Shown in pieces: positions 1-12,089 of a stretch of DNA of 60,188 nt (the stretch's first letter is position 1; each line of letters begins with the position of its first letter). Under the pieces are notes generated by a model. That model was not told the DNA's origin. It did not search any database and saw only the letters and a list, made by a program, of their open reading frames with translations. The stretch covers positions 85,896,660 to 85,956,847 of the forward strand of contig NC_068990.1 in assembly GCF_001194135.2 (NCBI RefSeq), written 5' to 3'. The stretch comes from Octopus bimaculoides. Its lineage: Eukaryota. The position numbers were made by a program, and so were the translations under genes.

Positions 1-37
1 ATGTATGCATGCATGTGTATATGTGTATATACATGTA

Positions 38-81
<44 letters not shown>

Positions 82-150
82 CATGATGATGATGATGATG
101 ACGATGATGATAATGACGACGACGACGATGATGATGATGATGATGATGAA
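1..150. repeat. Compound microsatellite (TA/TG)n then (GAT/GAC)n
   Basis: Directly visible; explains the poly-D and poly-M ORFs at 1..189 and 5..367. Confidence 0.95.
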
Positions 151-489
151 AAGTGTGTGCAAAATGTGCCTGAACATCAAACTTTTTAGAAACAAACATT
201 TATGCAACAGAGAGCAACTTTCTAAATATTTGGCAACACATGAAAGCAGGCAATATAGCCAGGGACTAAAAACACAGTCATACTTCCATGTGGATTTACA
301 TATACTTGTAGATGCATTTTATACGTATGCAAATGCACATTTGTGTCTATTATTAAATGGCCATTAGCAGATATTTTCCTGTCATCCCAAAGGTTGTCCC
401 AAATCTCTCCCCCAGGTCGTTGATAACCTGACCACGCACAGGTTGTATTAGCTTACAGGGTAACCAATGACAGGGCCCTGGTTATCAGA

Positions 490-690
490 GATCTGACCTG
501 ACATTGATACAAACATCTACACACACATACCACATGCGCACACAACACACACACCATGCACATAACACACACACAAACACATATAACACAATACACACAC
601 AACACAAGCATGTATGCACACACACACACTTGCACGTACACACACACACACAAAACACACACACACACAAAACTTACACAACCACACATA
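490..690. repeat. Degenerate (CA)n microsatellite
   Basis: CA-rich run; source of His/Thr and Cys/Val ORFs. Confidence 0.9.
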
Positions 691-752
691 TCAAATACCT
701 GCTTATCTCTTGCAAGACGGATTACAAGTTTTGTTGATCCTACCAACAATGG

Positions 753-990
753 AGCAGTATACTCAGTGGTTAGAAAATTGGGTTCACAATCCTGAGGTAA
801 TGAGTTCAATTCCCAGACCGGGCTATGTGTTGTGTTCTTGAGCAAGACACTTCATTTCATGTTGCTCCGATTCACTCGGATGTAGAAATGAGTTGCTAAT
901 CTGCATCACCCTTTGCTTTTCCCTTGGATAACATCGGTGGCATGAGAGAGGGGAGGCTGGTATGCATGGGCGACTGCTGGTCTTCCATAA
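753..990 (+). mobile_element. tRNA-derived SINE, family D (degenerate)
   Basis: A-box-like ctcagtggttag and B-box-like gagttcaattccc, then tgtgttgtgttcttgagcaagacact, shared with copies at 19333 and 55523. Confidence 0.75.
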
Positions 991-1029
991 ACAACCATAC
1001 TTGGACTCATGCCTTGGATTTGGTCATTC

Positions 1030-1460
1030 AACCATTCATCAAACCTGCACTAGAAGAAAAACAACCATCTTTAGTTTCAAGACGAAAGGTGTTCTTCCAT
1101 TAGGATAATGCTCGGCCACATACAGCAAGGATGACATTCCAAAGGTTGAATCAGTTTGAATGGGAAACGATGCCCCACCTACCATTTTTGCTGGACATTG
1201 CCCCATCTGATTATCATTTATTCCGCAGTCTTCAAAATCATTTGGACAGAAAAAATATGAATTCTGTAGATGAGGAGTATTTTTTGTCAAGGACAAGTGA
1301 ATTTTGGAAGAGGGGCCTTGCAAGTCTACCAGAGAGATGGAAGAGCATTGTAGAAAATGAAGGAGAGTGTATTTTAGATTAAAAAGGAACTTTGTTTACC
1401 TTAATTTTGAAAAATAAAATAAGTATAAAAAAACTGCATTATTTATGGGATAACCCAATA
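1030..1460 (+). mobile_element. 5'-truncated mariner (Tc1/mariner) transposon relic with transposase C-terminus and right TIR
   Basis: One frame reads RRKVFFH*DNARPH...HLPFLLDIAPSDYHLFRSLQNHL...LPERWKSIVENEGECILD*, matching the mariner QDNARPH and HPPYSPDLAPSDYHLF motifs with one in-frame stop (TAG at 1101). TIR-like end ...attatttatgggataacccaata (to 1460) is followed by TA. Confidence 0.92.
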
Positions 1461-1624
1461 TATATGTATGTGTTTTGGTATAAGCAAAATTTAGGTTAGT
1501 TAAAAAATGTTTGTGACATATTTCAACTGCTAAAAGGCAAATTCACTGCAGTTACCATGGAGAAAATATCTTTTTTATGGTAAAAAAGAGTGGAAACACC
1601 TTTGTTCAGTGTTGCCATCTATCC

Positions 1625-2050
1625 TGATAGATAGATACATACATACATGCATACATACATAGACACATATAAATATACAGACATACACACACACACACAT
1701 ACATACATGCACACATACATATATATATATATTTACATACATACATACACTGACTCCAAATACTGCACATATGCACACACACATGCAAAAATACCCTGTT
1801 GATGTTGAAATTCCAATGAAGAAGCCTTGGATCTAGGTTAGAAACCGGTTCTTTCTCTATTGGCAAGAAATCTTGAAATAAACAGAATAATGACCACACA
1901 TACATATATGCATACATACACACACACACACACAAATATATATATATTTATATACATACATACATACATACATACATACATGCATGCATACATGCATACA
2001 TACATGCATACATACATACATACATAAACACATGCAAGCCTAGATATGAT
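1625..2050. repeat. (TACA)n/(CA)n microsatellite blocks
   Basis: Directly visible tetra- and dinucleotide runs. Confidence 0.9.
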
Positions 2051-2259
2051 ATCTATATACATGTATGTTAATTTATGTGAGTTAAAAAAAGGATTAAATG
2101 CTGAACAGAGAAATCTGCAATTCGGAAATTTGTAGCCCTTGCTTATCACACATAAATTAACATGGATAAGACTCTAAACATTCCAGAATATAATTATATT
2201 ATGTGTCTTTATGTATTTTTGCACCACAATGTAAATAAAGCTCTGCCCACCCCCCTGCT

Positions 2260-2552
2260 TCCTCTCTTTCTTTATTTCTTTCTTTCTCTCTCTCACTCTT
2301 GCTCTCTCTGTCTCTCTCTTTCACTCTCTCTGTATCTCTCTCTCTCTCTTGTTCTCTCTGTCTCTTTTGCTCTCTCTTTGTCTTTCTCACTTTCTCTCTT
2401 TCCCTTTAAGCATGCACATATAAGTGAGCATGTGTGGAAGAAGAAGAAAAAGAAGAGGACGAGAAAGAAGAAGCAGAGGGGGGAGGGGGAGGAGAAGAAG
2501 AAGAGGTATGGCTAAGATGATGAACATGATGAATATGATGATGATGATGATT

Positions 2553-2594
<42 letters not shown>

Positions 2595-2621
2595 GTGATG
2601 GTGATGATGATGATGGTGATG

Positions 2622-2653
<32 letters not shown>

Positions 2654-2657
2654 GATA

Positions 2658-2712
<55 letters not shown>
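2260..2712. repeat. Compound (CT)n, (GAA)n, (GAT/GGT)n, (AAT)n simple-repeat tract
   Basis: Directly visible; explains poly-I/M/K ORFs at 2162-2744. Confidence 0.95.
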
Positions 2713-2713
<1 letters not shown>

Positions 2714-3338
2714 TGATCCCAAAGCATTCAGTGAACCAGGCTGAGTTCTACTCTTTGAGTGTGATAACCAACTTGAAGATCACCAAGGTTAGATCCAATA
2801 ATGCATGGAGTCACTTAACTGACAGTTGACTGTCACCTAGCAACGATGTTTGGCTTTGATGTAAGAGTGAGTAAAGAGAGGGAGGGTTGAGCAAGAGAGG
2901 GAGAGTGGGAGTGGAGAGCAGATGGGAGAGGGACAGCGGTTTTGATATGGTTTCGCTGTGGATTAGACATACTTGAAATGGCATAGATTTTATTTTACAT
3001 TCTTTGGTGATATAGTACGAAAGTTATGTATGTATAAAGTTATGAATAAAAAAGAAAAAAAAACCAAACTGGCTCATCAATCCGGTTTTGATGCTAAAAA
3101 GTTCCTGTTGTTCAATCAACTGAAGCTACTTAATCATTGAATTATTGCGTAAGTGGTTGAGTATTCCTAAGATATATAGGCACAGACAAGCATGGCTTTC
3201 ACATTCAGTCTCACTGTATAACAACACTTTGGGCAGCTGCCTTCCACTATAGTCCTGGACTGACGAAAATCCTTGTAACTGAATTTGGGAGACAGCACTG
3301 AAAGAGGCCCATTATGCATATATATATATATATATATA

Positions 3339-3530
3339 TCATCATCATCATCATCATCGTTTAACGTCCGCCTTCCATGCTAGCATGGGTTGGACGATTT
3401 GACTGAGGACTGGTGAAACCGGATGGCAACACCAGGCTCCAATCTAATTTGGCAGAGTTTCTACAGCTGGATTCCCTTCCTAACGCCAACCACTCAGAGA
3501 GTGTAGTGGGTGCTTTTACGTGTCACCCGC
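3339..3530 (-). mobile_element. Short retroposed repeat, family C, with (GAT)n tail, inserted in a (TA)n run
   Basis: Reverse complement of 6728-6948 with about 4 mismatches by eye; (TA)n on both sides. Confidence 0.85.
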
Positions 3531-3650
3531 ATATATATATATATATATTTACTTCTAATATAGGATCAAATTTTTTTTAAAAATTTCATCAAGTGGTCAG
3601 CATATTAAAATACCTTTTAAGGTGAATATTATAAACAATTATAAATAAAG

Positions 3651-3899
3651 GCAAAAGAAAAAATTTTCTAAGCCAATATGCTGAGAAATAGACTTTAGAT
3701 TGTCAATCACCACATACAAAAAATATTACTATAAATACGCAACATGTTGAATCGAGGAAAGCAAGCTAACAGAATCTTTTTTTAAATGCATTATCCCTAA
3801 ATCAAACGATTTCGGGATTAATCCAATGGATTTTTCCACTTATCAGTAGAGAATACATCTATTTCTCAGCATATTGGCTCAGAAATTTTTTTCTTTTGC
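3651..3899. repeat. Inverted repeat, 41-bp arms (3651-3691 / 3859-3899), MITE-like
   Basis: gcaaaagaaaaaattttctaagccaatatgctgagaaatag versus ctatttctcagcatattggctcagaaattttttcttttgc. Confidence 0.8.
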
Positions 3900-3925
3900 T
3901 CTTACTTATATATATATATAAATGT

Positions 3926-4016
3926 AAGGAAAATAAGACAAGGTAGAAAATGCCTAGATAATTTTATCATGAAGTACAAATTATTTTAGCATTTTCTACC
4001 TTGTCTTATTTTCCTT
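3926..4016. repeat. Near-perfect ~91-nt hairpin with a 28-bp perfect outer stem
   Basis: aaggaaaataagacaaggtagaaaatgc (3926-3953) is the exact reverse complement of 3989-4016. Confidence 0.9.
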
Positions 4017-4742
4017 AAACATATCAACTTGTGTCTTACTTTTCTACCTTCTACACACACACACATGCATATATTCTTTTATTTGTTGCAGTCATTTGAC
4101 TGCAGCCATGCTGGAGCATCGCTTTTAGTCAAACAAATTGACCCCAGGACTTTCCAAGGTATTGTGAAAAGAGTGAATAAAAGAGATGAATTTATCGAGC
4201 TGTTGTCTGTTAAGGGAGGGTGATGACCCTGACACAGTTGCAGATAGAATGACTGTACAGCTCTGGCATGGGTCCTGTGAATTGAACAAAGATTTGCTCC
4301 TCAATGAAGTTTACAAAGAGGTTTGCATTATGGATGGGTTGCTTTGCAGTATTAGCTTCAGCTCCTTTTATACTGAGGTGAAATCCTGCCTATTTGAAGG
4401 GAAGACTTAATGCATCTCCTGGTTTAACACCAACACTTGATCCTAGAGTTTCTTCAGTGGAGACCAGTCTGTCGCAAGCATTTGGGGAATGCCTCTGGTT
4501 CGAATATACCATATTTTTTTGGCATAAAAGATGCACAGACATATTTGATATACCCCAATTTCAGGAGCCCATGTTCAAGAAAAACTATTTTTAGCGCATT
4601 AGAACTTCTGGGAGGCTCAACTTCTTATATAGGACTTGGAATGATTTTTTTAAAACATTTTATTTTTAAAAAAGTTTGTCTTACATACCATCAAATACAG
4701 TAATTTCCTCTCGCGTTCCCTCTTTCCAACCAGACTTAGATG

Positions 4743-5130
4743 CAGGGCTGGATTAAGACCCATTGAGGCCCTAAGATTTTGGTTCCCCCTTAAAAGATTA
4801 TGTAATCCAAAATATAAACAATAACAAACCATAAAATAAATATTTATTTTTCAAAATGAAACAAAATGGTAAGAAGGAAAAAATGTTTATTTCTGTATAC
4901 TTCCACTTTATTTATATTTGAAAAGTTTTCTCCTGCTTCTTTGAATTACAAAGTCTTTGATCAAATCCTCAAAATTAATCTTAGGTAACACATCTGCATT
5001 TATACTTAGCAGAGACAAAGGCATCCCGAATATTATTTTAGCAAGTTTAACGTGATTTCTTTTGTGCCGTAAACCATTTATTATTTCTGTTGTGCCCCAT
5101 CCTTCCTTTGATGCCCTAAGCACATACCTA
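4743..5130 (-). mobile_element. hAT transposon relic retaining the transposase C-terminal (dimerisation-region) tail
   Basis: Minus frame LSLLSINADVLPKINFEDLIKDFVIQRSRRK resembles the hAT C-terminal LxLLSIExDxLxxxDFxxxIxxFAxxKxR pattern; hAT-like terminus cagggctggattaag at 4743; subterminal ga(g/t)gccctaag occurs twice. Confidence 0.7.
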
Positions 5131-5224
5131 GATGTTCTGGAAAGGGTTGTTGACCACCACCCCACCATGACTAAGCAATAAACCTAGAGCTATCAGTTCA
5201 TTATGGTGGAAGTAAATGAACATT

Positions 5225-5395
5225 TTATTCGTCTGTCTTTACATTCTGAGTTCAAATTCCACTGAGGTCAACCTTGCCTTTCATCCTTTCAGGGTCAATA
5301 AATCAAGTACCAGTTATGTACTGGGGCTGATCTAATTGACTGCTCCCTGCCTCCTCACAAAAAATTTCAGGCCTTGTACCTAGAGTAGAAAAAAG
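5225..5395 (+). mobile_element. tRNA-derived SINE, family A
   Basis: ctgagttcaaattcc...gaggtcaaccttgcctttcatcctttcagggtcaataaa core, shared with copies at 14761, 20055, 45265, 49925 and 55882. Confidence 0.8.
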
Positions 5396-5949
5396 CATCT
5401 GAACATTTTATGGATATATGTAAAGCTTAATGTGAACACAGAACAGAATAAGTGTGACATAGTTTGTGACTTGGGTAGGCTTTCGATTCTCTTATAAAAC
5501 AGTGGAATCAAGGGAACAAGAGATGTTCTGCTTCGGCAAATAGTAAAAGAAATAATTCAAAGAGCAGAATAACATCTGAAGATGTGAAAAAAACAAAAGG
5601 AGTTTTAAGGCTTTCGGACAGGAGATCTCGTTGGAGCAGAAAGAAATGCTAAGTGGTGTGGAAGAATAAATAATATGGGAAAAAAGTAAGTGTGAAGGAA
5701 GCCATCATAACATTGAACAATAAGGGAGTAAGAGTTAGAAATATGAAAGGTTGAGATAAGAGAGAGGGAGCGAGGGAGAGAGAGCAATGGTCAGATGAAA
5801 GAAAACTCCTCCTCCTCTCTCTCAACATTTTTTCACCTTAGCTGTAGCTCCTCCCCACTTTACCAACTTGCTGCCAATCACTCCTCCTCCTTCTACCATT
5901 GTTAAGGCCGCAAAATGTTAACAACATCACCATCATCTAGAAAAAAAAA

Positions 5950-6899
5950 ATCTGTTAGAGACATAGCATTCCTGCTTAGTGCTGAGATGGCCCTAGCCAA
6001 AAATCATGTTCAAAAGACTGACCTAAGCAATATCAGAAAACCCAAGTCACAGAGCAACTTCTGTAGGGGCTGAGATTCACTTAATATGATCTTTGTCCCA
6101 ATGCAGTTTTAAAAGAAATTCAGAAAGCAGCATCAGGTCCTGTTCTTTGCATCTGTGGGTCCCCCCAAACCGTTTAACACATTAAACAGAAATTCTGTGG
6201 AATGTTCTCAGAAAGTTTAGTTGCTTGCCTTAATTTGTGAATCTTCTTCATTAAGCTCCACACAAGAATAATGGATTGAATTGAGTTGTTGAACATAGAT
6301 CTGAGCTCTTCAGTGTAAAAGTGTGCCTCCACCAGGCTCAGATTTTCCCTTTATTTTTTTTTAAGGCAAAGGTCTTTCAATCACAATATGCTCGCACTCC
6401 AAAAGCCCTACGAGTCATCCTCAACCATAAAACTCCAACTCACTGTCAGTGGCACTGCTCTCCCTCTTTTTCAGTATCGAAATGGCAACTAGCAACACCT
6501 GCCCAATTCAGATACTCAGGCATAATTTCCAAAGAACTGTGCACTGGATGGGTGATTCTAAACTTCCTCAGACAAAAGTTTGGCTCGTTAGAACCAGGGG
6601 AAGTTTTTCGAAACAACCATCTCAACCTTTGTGTCGAAGTCCCTGTTACTGAGCAGTATGTGTAGAGCAGAAGACACGGACTATATACAACTGACACATT
6701 TAGATTCCATTATCTTTAACAGTTCGTGCAGGTGACACGTAAAAGCACCCACTACACTCTCTGAGTGGTTGGCGTTAGGAAGGGCATCCAGCTGTAGAAA
6801 CTCTGCCAAATTAGATTGGAGCCTGGTGTTGCCATCCGGTTTCACCAGTCCTCAGTCGAATCGTCCAACCCATGCTAGCATGGAAAGCGGACGTTAAAC

Positions 6900-6949
<50 letters not shown>

Positions 6950-7560
6950 GTTTCCTTTTACTGTATTAACGCCTGGGCGTTTTAACAGAAATATAGGCTT
7001 CCAGGTAAAACAATGCACCAAAGTCCTCATAATAAATAGATAAGGCCAACATAAATAGATTAGCATTAGCCTCCAAGACCCGTAGTACTCCTGGCACTGA
7101 CTGGTATGATAAGGCTATGCATGCAGAAATCCCCTGTTCAACCAACACCAGTAGCATTGAATCCATACAATACAGGTATCAGCTGAGGTGGTTGGGAAAT
7201 GTAGTGCATAAGTCTGACCCGCATCTTTCGTGTAGGATCATTTATGACCATCAACACAATAGTCAACACTTGAGTGGAGGACCATTGATTTCAAAGATCA
7301 GTTGAAGTCCACTTTGAAGAGGCGCAACTTCAGGCTTCCAAGAATGGGAGAACATAACTATCCGCTGTTCACATCTGGTGGTGTTACTGCTGAAAACATG
7401 GAGAAACGCACTCAGTACTACCAACTGGTGTGAGTAAAAGGACGACGTATTTACAAAGTAAAACATGGTTTCTTCAGATAATTTGTACTTCACGTGTCCA
7501 ACTGAGGTTGTACATCAAAGATTGGGTTGTAAATTTGTGAAAAGGTCCACAGATAAAGAT
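5950..7560 (+). mobile_element. Degraded RTE-clade LINE (RT domain and C-terminal region), interrupted by a family C repeat
   Basis: Conceptual fragments SQSNFCRG*DSLNMIFVPMQF*KKFRKQHQVLFFASVGPPKPFNTLNRN, FSVKVCLHQAQIFPLFF, FRYSG...FGSL..EVFRNNHLNL, QLRWLGNVVH and FKDQLKSTLKRRN follow the RTE/BovB-like RT order (SQCGFR..STxDMIF..QEK.REQ..AFxDLxKAFDTVNR; GVxQGxxLSPLLF; QLRWLGHV). Many stops and frameshifts. Confidence 0.8.
6728..6948 (+). mobile_element. Family C short retroposed repeat with long (GAT)n tail, nested in the RTE LINE
   Basis: gcaggtgacacgtaaaagc...gttaggaagggcatccagctgtagaaac...ggacgttaaac(gat)n; LINE-like sequence continues on both sides. Confidence 0.85.
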
Positions 7561-7589
7561 GATAGATCAGCATGCGGTGAATTGAGAAA

Positions 7590-8360
7590 GATAGGCTCGA
7601 CTGAGTTACAAATGAGTTGGTAGCGCAGAGAAAGATGTGTGAGGAAGAAAAAAGAGCGAGAGAGAAAAAAGAGTGGAAAAGTTAAGAGTTAGTGTGTGCG
7701 CATGTGAAGATTGAGCGCAAAAAAAAAAAGATGGTTAGAGTATGTGAATGAGAAAATATAACAGAACGTAGAATGAAGAGAAGAGAAGATGATAGGGAAA
7801 GAGAGAAAAAGAGAAAATATAGCAAAAGAGAGTAGATTTAACTGAAAGAGAGATAAGCGTGTGAAAAAGGAAATAGAGAATAGAATGGAAGTGTTGAAAG
7901 TTATAATTAAAGAGAGAGGGGAGGAGAAAAGGTAAGAAATAAAACAGAGAAGAGACAACAAGAAATAAGGTATAATACAGAAAGTAGACATAATATAGAG
8001 AGGGGAAAGAAGAGCAAGTCTGGAAGGTTATAATTAGAGAATTGTAAAGGAGAGAGAGAGAGAGAGAGAGAGGTAAAAGAAGAAGACATATCAGAGAGAG
8101 AAAGATAGGTAAAGAGGGGGGAGAATGGGACATAATACAGAGGAGTGAGAAGAGAGAAAACATATATGTGCGAGGGAGAAAAAAAGAGAGAGATAAACAC
8201 AATATAGATAAAGGAGGGGAGAGAGCGATAGATACATATAAAGATAGAGAGAGCGACAATATAGAAAGGGGTGGAGGAGAAAAAGGTATGACAACGCATG
8301 CGCGAGGTGACTGCTCTTCTTTAAGACAATCCAGATAAAAGTGAAGAAAGAAGTGGGGGT
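7590..8360. repeat. Purine-rich (GA/AG) low-complexity tract
   Basis: Strong A/G skew over ~770 bp; source of Leu/Ser/Phe minus-strand ORFs. Confidence 0.9.
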
Positions 8361-8904
8361 CAGACATGAGTGGGACAGTGTAGTGGTTAGAGTCTATGTA
8401 TTGTGTTTACGTATATGTGACTGAGTATATATATATATTTATATTTATATGTGTGTGTGTTTATAGTAGAGCTTGTACTACTAGTAAATTGTCGGGTGGA
8501 ACTAGAGGGGACAGTAGGTGAAGATTTAGTGAGTGCGTATATGTATGTATATATATATTATCTGTGTATCTTTGGGTGTCTTAAGCAATAGTAATAGCAG
8601 TAGTAATAACTGTCTTATTATTAGTAGTTTTAATCATAGAAATAGTAATAAGACAAGGGGTGGGAGAAAGGAAGGCTAGATATTGACTGATACCTCCTTC
8701 CCCCAACGCACTTCTGTCTTTAAACTTCTTTTCTACGACTGCTGCTTCTCTCACCCTACTTCTTCTTCCTCTACCTCCCCTTCTTTCACCATCACCACCA
8801 CCACCACTAAATCTATATCACCGCTACCACCCACTATAATCATTTCTACTTCTACTACTACTGCTGCGATTTTCACCATCGCCACCGTCTGCACAACACC
8901 AAAC

Positions 8905-9105
8905 GTACCTTCTACGTGGTTGCTCCATTCGCCAGAAACAGCAGCCAAACTCTCTCTCTCTTAAAATAAACACCCAAGCGTTTTAGGAAAGGACGTGTTG
9001 GATGAATAATGTGGTCCTCGGTTCTTTGCACATAAGAAAAATACAGGATGGTCACGACTGGAATGCTTTTGAATCAAAGTCTGCTCGATTAGGTCTGACC
9101 AGTGC
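8905..9105 (+). repeat. Dispersed repeat family E (ttctacgtggttgctc..gaaatagcagccaaa...ggatggtcacgactggaatgc)
   Basis: Related copies at about 13075-13260, 18420-18560, 34290-34420 (-), 36365-36420 (-), 44100-44150 (-) and 57640-57790. Confidence 0.65.
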
Positions 9106-9479
9106 GTCGCCGTCTCTTTAGTGCCATCATTCTTTACTCCAACATCACCACAACAATCACTAAGACCAGCATTAGTGGTGCTTCTAAGTTTTAATAACAT
9201 TTCCCACCAAGTGTTAATACGATCTGCGCCTTTCATTAATATTTCGTTGGCAAAGGCGACAGAACCAACAAGAACGATACAAACAGCTTTCGAAGGGAAA
9301 GCAAAGTGTGTATGTATATCAATGAATAAACAAACTTATATAAGTTATATATTTTTATTAGTGAAATCGTGTTTAGTGGATATATCTGAATTCTATTAAG
9401 GGTATTTTTTACTACCCGACTTAAAGGGTAGCTTGGAAACAAGAAAATCGAGTGAGGAAACGATAAATACATACACATA

Positions 9480-10362
9480 TATATATAGAGAGAGAGGGGA
9501 GCAGGCTATATTGTAGTGAACGATTGAAAGATTAAGAAAGTAGTGGGGTACTCAACCGGTGCTCTTTCTCTCTTTCTTGCACTCTCTGAAAAGAGGCGGA
9601 GGAAGAGGAAGTGAGAGATAACATTAATCTTCACAATCATTACCACCCCCTCACTCATTGCTGTTGCTTCTTTCTTCCTTAACTCATTCCTCTACTCCTA
9701 CTGTTCCCCCCCTCACCTGTTTCTTTCTCTTTGTTTCTCTCTCTCTGTCTCTCCTTCCCTACTGCTGGAATGGTGACTGACGAAGGAGGCCTACACATAC
9801 TCTCTCATACGCACACACATTTATTATACAGCTCCACTGTTTTACTACACTTTCAAAACATTGTCAAGTGTCGGTGTCTTGAGAAGAGACACTAAGACAG
9901 GGTAGAAGAGGACAGTGGGTGACAGTGAAAGAGATTCCTTAGTGAGGGAGAGAGAGGCGACTTAAAACAAGTACAGATAAAACGGGTGGGTTACAAAAGG
10001 GTTAGGTGAATAGTTTCACCCCTTACTTCTACCCGTAAGTCCTTTTCATCACTAACTTTTTCAGTTCTTAAAGAGCATGCAACAAGTTTTTAGTTTACAT
10101 TTCGGATATCCGTTTTTCTGCCACTACTTTGGATGAACCCCAGAATTACTTAATGTTTGTTTAAAGCGAAATACATTTGATATATCGTATACACACTCAT
10201 TCATATATTTCTGGCTGTTGGAATTATATTTTTACTCGTGTTATTTAGAAAGTTTAATCTCATTCTAACTAGTGTCTCTGTATTTATCTCTCGCTCTCAT
10301 TTTTTCTGTACCCTTCTTTGGCCCACATTCGGAAGGCGATGTTTTAGGAATGCCATCCAGTC
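9480..10362 (+). promoter_or_regulatory. Putative afadin promoter / 5' UTR region
   Basis: Non-repeat, CpG-retaining, GA/CT-rich sequence directly upstream of the start codon. Position-based inference only; TSS not located. Confidence 0.35.
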
Positions 10363-10470
10363 ATGACGAAATATCGTCCCGATGACGACGAATACCGTCG
10401 TTTAGTTCAATTGATATCTCAATGGAATGATGACCATTATGACATTTTTGAGATTGCTCAACCCAACGAG
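10363..10470 (+). CDS. AFDN: First coding exon of afadin / canoe (AF-6), start of the RA1 region
   Basis: MTKYRPDDDEYRRLVQLISQWNDDHYDIFEIAQPNE (36 codons) aligns from memory to human afadin DEERRKLADIIHHWNANRLDLFEISQPTE and fly Canoe SVIQQWNANRLDLFELSEPDE. Ends at a phase-0 GAG|GTAAGT donor (10471), just before the expected xLxFHGVMRFYFQD. Confidence 0.85.
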
Positions 10471-10859
10471 GTAAGTGTCCTCTTATCTATTTATTTATTC
10501 ATGCTTTATATCTTCATTTCAGCCCTCTTTGTGAAAAATAACCATGCCATGTTCTTCATTATTATTTTTTTTTTCTATCACTGGTCTTTGAAGAAAGAAG
10601 AGTTTTCTAACTTTTGATAAAATTTGCCTTAGAAAAAAAAAATATTGATGCGTAACCCTCATTTTCGTCCTACAACAAATTTCTTAAATATATTGGATAT
10701 ATGTTTGTTTTTCTTCGTTTACCAACTCATTTTTAATGTAAGAAAACAACCAGTAAATTTGAGAACAAAATTAAAATAACATTTTAAAGCCTTCTGGCTG
10801 GGCTTAACTTTTAAGTTTGAAATTACAATCCACCCTATACCCCCACCTCCCTCGTGAAA

Positions 10860-12036
10860 CACCTGGAGAATTAAGCTTGTTAAGTCTCAAACTAAACATT
10901 TGGCTTGGGTTAATTAAAAAAAAAAAGACATTTGTTCTATTAATTAAATTAATAAACTTAATAAAAGAAAAAAAAAAGGGTTTAATTTAATTACTCATTC
11001 TTCTGTCCTCTTCCTGTCTCAGGTAAGGACAGTATATATATATATGAATAACAAATATATAAAGTCTTATCAACTTTTCAAGATGGCTGCCTGTATGTAT
11101 CGTTAATTGCTTACCTGTCCCGCAACTTTTCAGGTAGCAATACAGCCACACCTACATCACGCTTGACATTAGACTTTCCGATTACTGTCCTAGCATATTT
11201 TTGAAATAACGGACCAACATACAAATATTAACTGAATACCTTTTTGTTCCAGACAATCCCCTCCACCCTATTGCCTCTTTTTGTTTTTCATTTAGTTTTA
11301 CCTGGCCGTTTAATTTAATACACCCGAGTGTTTTACCTATAGGGATACTGGTTATTAACTACTGTTGATGGTATTCTTATATTCTGGTTCAAATACGCAA
11401 AATAAAAATAAAAACACTTTTGTAAACAATGTGACTTCTCGTAATGTTTCAGACTCGACATCTATTTACTTTAATTTCACCTGTACATTACACCTGTCCA
11501 CCACTCCTTCGCTTGGAGATATTTATTTAATCCCCGCACGCTGACACACAGTTACTTCCCTCATTTAGGAAAGACATTTAATCCGCTGATAGAAAATTTA
11601 AGGAAAGGAAAATAGTTACCTTTTATATTTGCATTATAATTTAAAATTTGCACACCTCTACTGTCAAGGAGTAAAATTTACAATATATTCACGAACAAAT
11701 GTATATATCAAGGAATCTACTGTACAAGCATTCTTTTTTATTACTAATGTTGACATTTTTAAATAAGTGTTTTTTAAATAGTTTCATTAATCAATAATGC
11801 ACGGGGGATAAGTAATTAGGTTCTCTGTGTCATTTGACTGATTAAATTCGTTCGCTGACATAGTTTTGAATGTTTTCAGTTGGTTACAAATATCCCATCA
11901 CCCCACACTCATCGCTAAATCCATTAGCAAACAGGTAAAAAAAACAAAAACGTTTATCAGGTGTGCAACAATTATTGTTTTAAAATGTGTTGTCGTTCAA
12001 AACTACAGATATGTATTTTTATATATTCTGCATATA

Positions 12037-12089
<53 letters not shown>

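Noticed and set aside
1-2744. Many 60-130 aa ORFs rich in D, M, I, H/T or C/V
   Set aside because: They are translations of microsatellites.
7689-8367. 210-aa hydrophobic minus-strand ORF resembling a membrane protein
   Set aside because: It is the reverse complement of a GA-rich low-complexity tract; the L/S/F bias is compositional.
8903-8929. Minus-strand micro-exon ATG GAG CAA CCA CGT AGA AG|GTACGT suggesting a divergent gene
   Set aside because: It lies in or at the edge of dispersed repeat family E (same motif at ~13078); no downstream exons found.
10471-10617. Extension of the afadin ORF to 84 aa in the ORF track
   Set aside because: Similarity ends at the GTAAGT donor; the rest is T-rich intron read-through.
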